DNA from: the human T2T-CHM13v2.0 reference genome, Homo sapiens
Assembly (NCBI RefSeq): GCF_009914755.1
Contig: NC_060939.1
Reading direction: 5' to 3' (one strand)
DNA: 64,000 nt
The position numbers and the translations under genes were made by a program. Each line of letters starts with the position of its first letter. The stretch's first letter is position 1. The notes under the pieces were generated by a model, which was not told the DNA's origin, searched no databases, and was given only the letters and a program-made list of their open reading frames with translations. Below, piece by piece: positions 62,066 through 64,000 of this stretch.

Positions 62066-63004
62066 TTATGTCATCTCCATAGAATTTAAAATATGTTGAT
62101 TCAGCCTTCTCATTGCAAACTTCATATCTTTGTTCCTTAAAGTATAGATGGCAGGATTTAAGACAGGGGTGACAACAAAGTTCATGATGGCAAAAAATTT
62201 ATCCAATGACTTAGTAGGGAAAGGCCACACGTAGAGAAACATGCATGGAGCAAAAAACAAAACCACTACGGTGATGTGAGCCTACGAAGTGAAGAATGCT
62301 TTGGATAAATCATTTGAGGAATGTCGTTGGACAGTGACCAGAATAAAAATGTATGATACAATTAAGAAAAAGAAGGTGCCCATCGATATGAATCCACTGT
62401 TGGCAGTGACCACAAATTCTAGCCCATAAGTGTCCATGCATGCAAGTTTAATAACCCGAGGAAAATCACAATAAAAGCTCCCCACATTATTAGGGCCACA
62501 GAAGGGTAAATTTATGACAAAAACAAACTGAGACATAGCATGAATCACCCCAATGACCCAAGCTGCTGCTACCAAAAACATGCACATTTTGGGATTCATA
62601 ATAGTTGGATAGTGGAGAGGTTTGCAGATCGCAGTGTACCTATCATATGCCATGACTATCAGCAGCACCATTTCAACTCCTCCCGTAACATGGATAAAGA
62701 ACTTTTGTATCATACAATTATGGAAGGAAATAACTTTACAATCAGTAAAAAGATCGTAGATCAACCTAGGAACTGTGGTAGATGAAAGGCTCAAGTCAAT
62801 GAGCGATAGGTTGGCCAGCAGAATATACATGGGGGAGTGTAAGTGAGGATCAAAGATCACTGTGAACACAATGAAGAGGTTTCCCAGGATAATTCCCACA
62901 TAGAATAAAGAGAAGAAGAGAAAAAGGAAAAACTGCATTTCCAAGGATTGTGCAAGTCCAAGTAATACAAATTCTGTTACCAGAGAGTCATTTACTTGGT
63001 CCAC
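62066..63004 (-). pseudogene. OR4G2P: Olfactory receptor family 4G-type pseudogene (GTG at the start position, one in-frame TAG)
   Basis: The two ORFs share one frame, joined by TAG at 62282-62284 (KAFFTS*AHITVV); 313 codons in total; MAYDRY and PVLNPAIYTLRN present. The symbol is inferred from position. Confidence 0.85.
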
Positions 63005-63796
63005 TGAATCAGATAGAAGGGAAGACTGTGAAGCAACCTGAAAGAAACGAAGGAATCAACTTAGTGTGACTGAAAATAATGCGTTAAGTGTTAATGATTT
63101 AAAATTTATTATTAACAAATCTTTTATTTGATAGTAGATTATTTAAAAACTAGTGGGAACCCAGGGTATAAAAGGTTAATGTAATATGGACAAAGCTGTG
63201 CTCAGAGGCAGTCTATTGCTTTAAATGTTCTCAATTGCTCAAATAGATGAACTTATTAGCATCTTAAGAAACTGGAAAAGAATGCATAAAAACTCAAAAA
63301 ATTCAAGCCAAAAAAGGTAAAAAACAAAAATAAGGAAATATGAAATCCCAGAAAATGGCAAGATTGTATACCAATATATACAAATAAATGGTTTAAAAAA
63401 TACAGAATCTTTAAAAATGCAATCAATAATAACATTAAATAAAAATTAGAATACAAATGCATAATTACGGTTAAGGCATCTCTGAAAGCTGTTTCCTACA
63501 TGTGCCTATAATGATCTACCCCAAACTAACACGTGAATCATACTTGAATTTGAAATGCTGTAGAGACAAAAGGTTGATATCTTCATAGTATAAAAAAGAA
63601 TTTAAACAGTTTCACAAAATCTCCAAGACCTAATAAATGAACAAATGAAATGAAGGAAGAATTAAAATGTAAGCTATACGTGTATTTGTATATACAGATA
63701 TGTGTGTGTGTGTGTGTATGTGTGTCTTAGAAATCAAAGAAATATGATAAAATGTAATACTATTATGTTTCTGTTACATTAGGAAAAAGTTTTACA

Positions 63797-64000
63797 GGCC
63801 GGGCATGGTTGTTCACGCCTGTTATCCCAGCACTTTGGGAGGCCGAGGAGGGTGGATCACGAGGTCAAGAGATCGAGACCATCCTGTCCAACATGGGGAA
63901 ACTCCATCTCTACTAAAAATAACAAAAATTAGCTGGGCATGGTGGTGGCGGGTGCCTGTAGTCCCAGCTACTCGGGAGGCTGAGGCAGGAGAATAGCTTG
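63797..64000 (+). mobile_element. Alu (AluSc-like), truncated by the window end
   Basis: GGCCGGGCATGG...GATCACGAGGTCAAGAGATCGAGACC. Confidence 0.93.

Noticed and set aside
62279-62284. Programmed stop read-through of the OR4G pseudogene
   Set aside because: TAG-G is not the permissive TGA-C context, and the preceding codon also deviates from the usual Leu.

Overview
Primate (most likely human) subtelomeric olfactory-receptor region. It is AT-rich and mostly interspersed repeats. It holds three family-4 ORs: a frameshifted OR4F3/16/29-type pseudogene (+, 8467-9404), an intact 305-aa OR whose residues match my recollection of OR4F4 (-, 57439-58356), and an OR4G-type pseudogene with one nonsense codon (-, 62066-63004). 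This gene set suggests distal 15q26.3, from recall and not verified. Other content: a WBP1L retrocopy that sits inside an old L1 and is itself split by a full-length L1PA, three twin-primed (5'-inverted) L1 insertions, a solo LTR22, a Tigger5/MER47 element, Alus, and a 4.8-kb, 62-copy, 77-bp minisatellite derived from an L1 3'UTR G-tract. The most interesting signals are: (i) both minus-strand ORs lack the ancestral ATG (ACG, GTG) and have an open 11-codon leader to a splice acceptor, implying a spliced N-terminus; (ii) the upstream exon that should supply that ATG looks rearranged in this copy, with a possible replacement coding exon nearby; (iii) the VNTR carries about 60 tandem CACGTG E-boxes and G4-capable units. 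I see no evidence of a new protein-coding system. All names come from sequence recognition without database searches.
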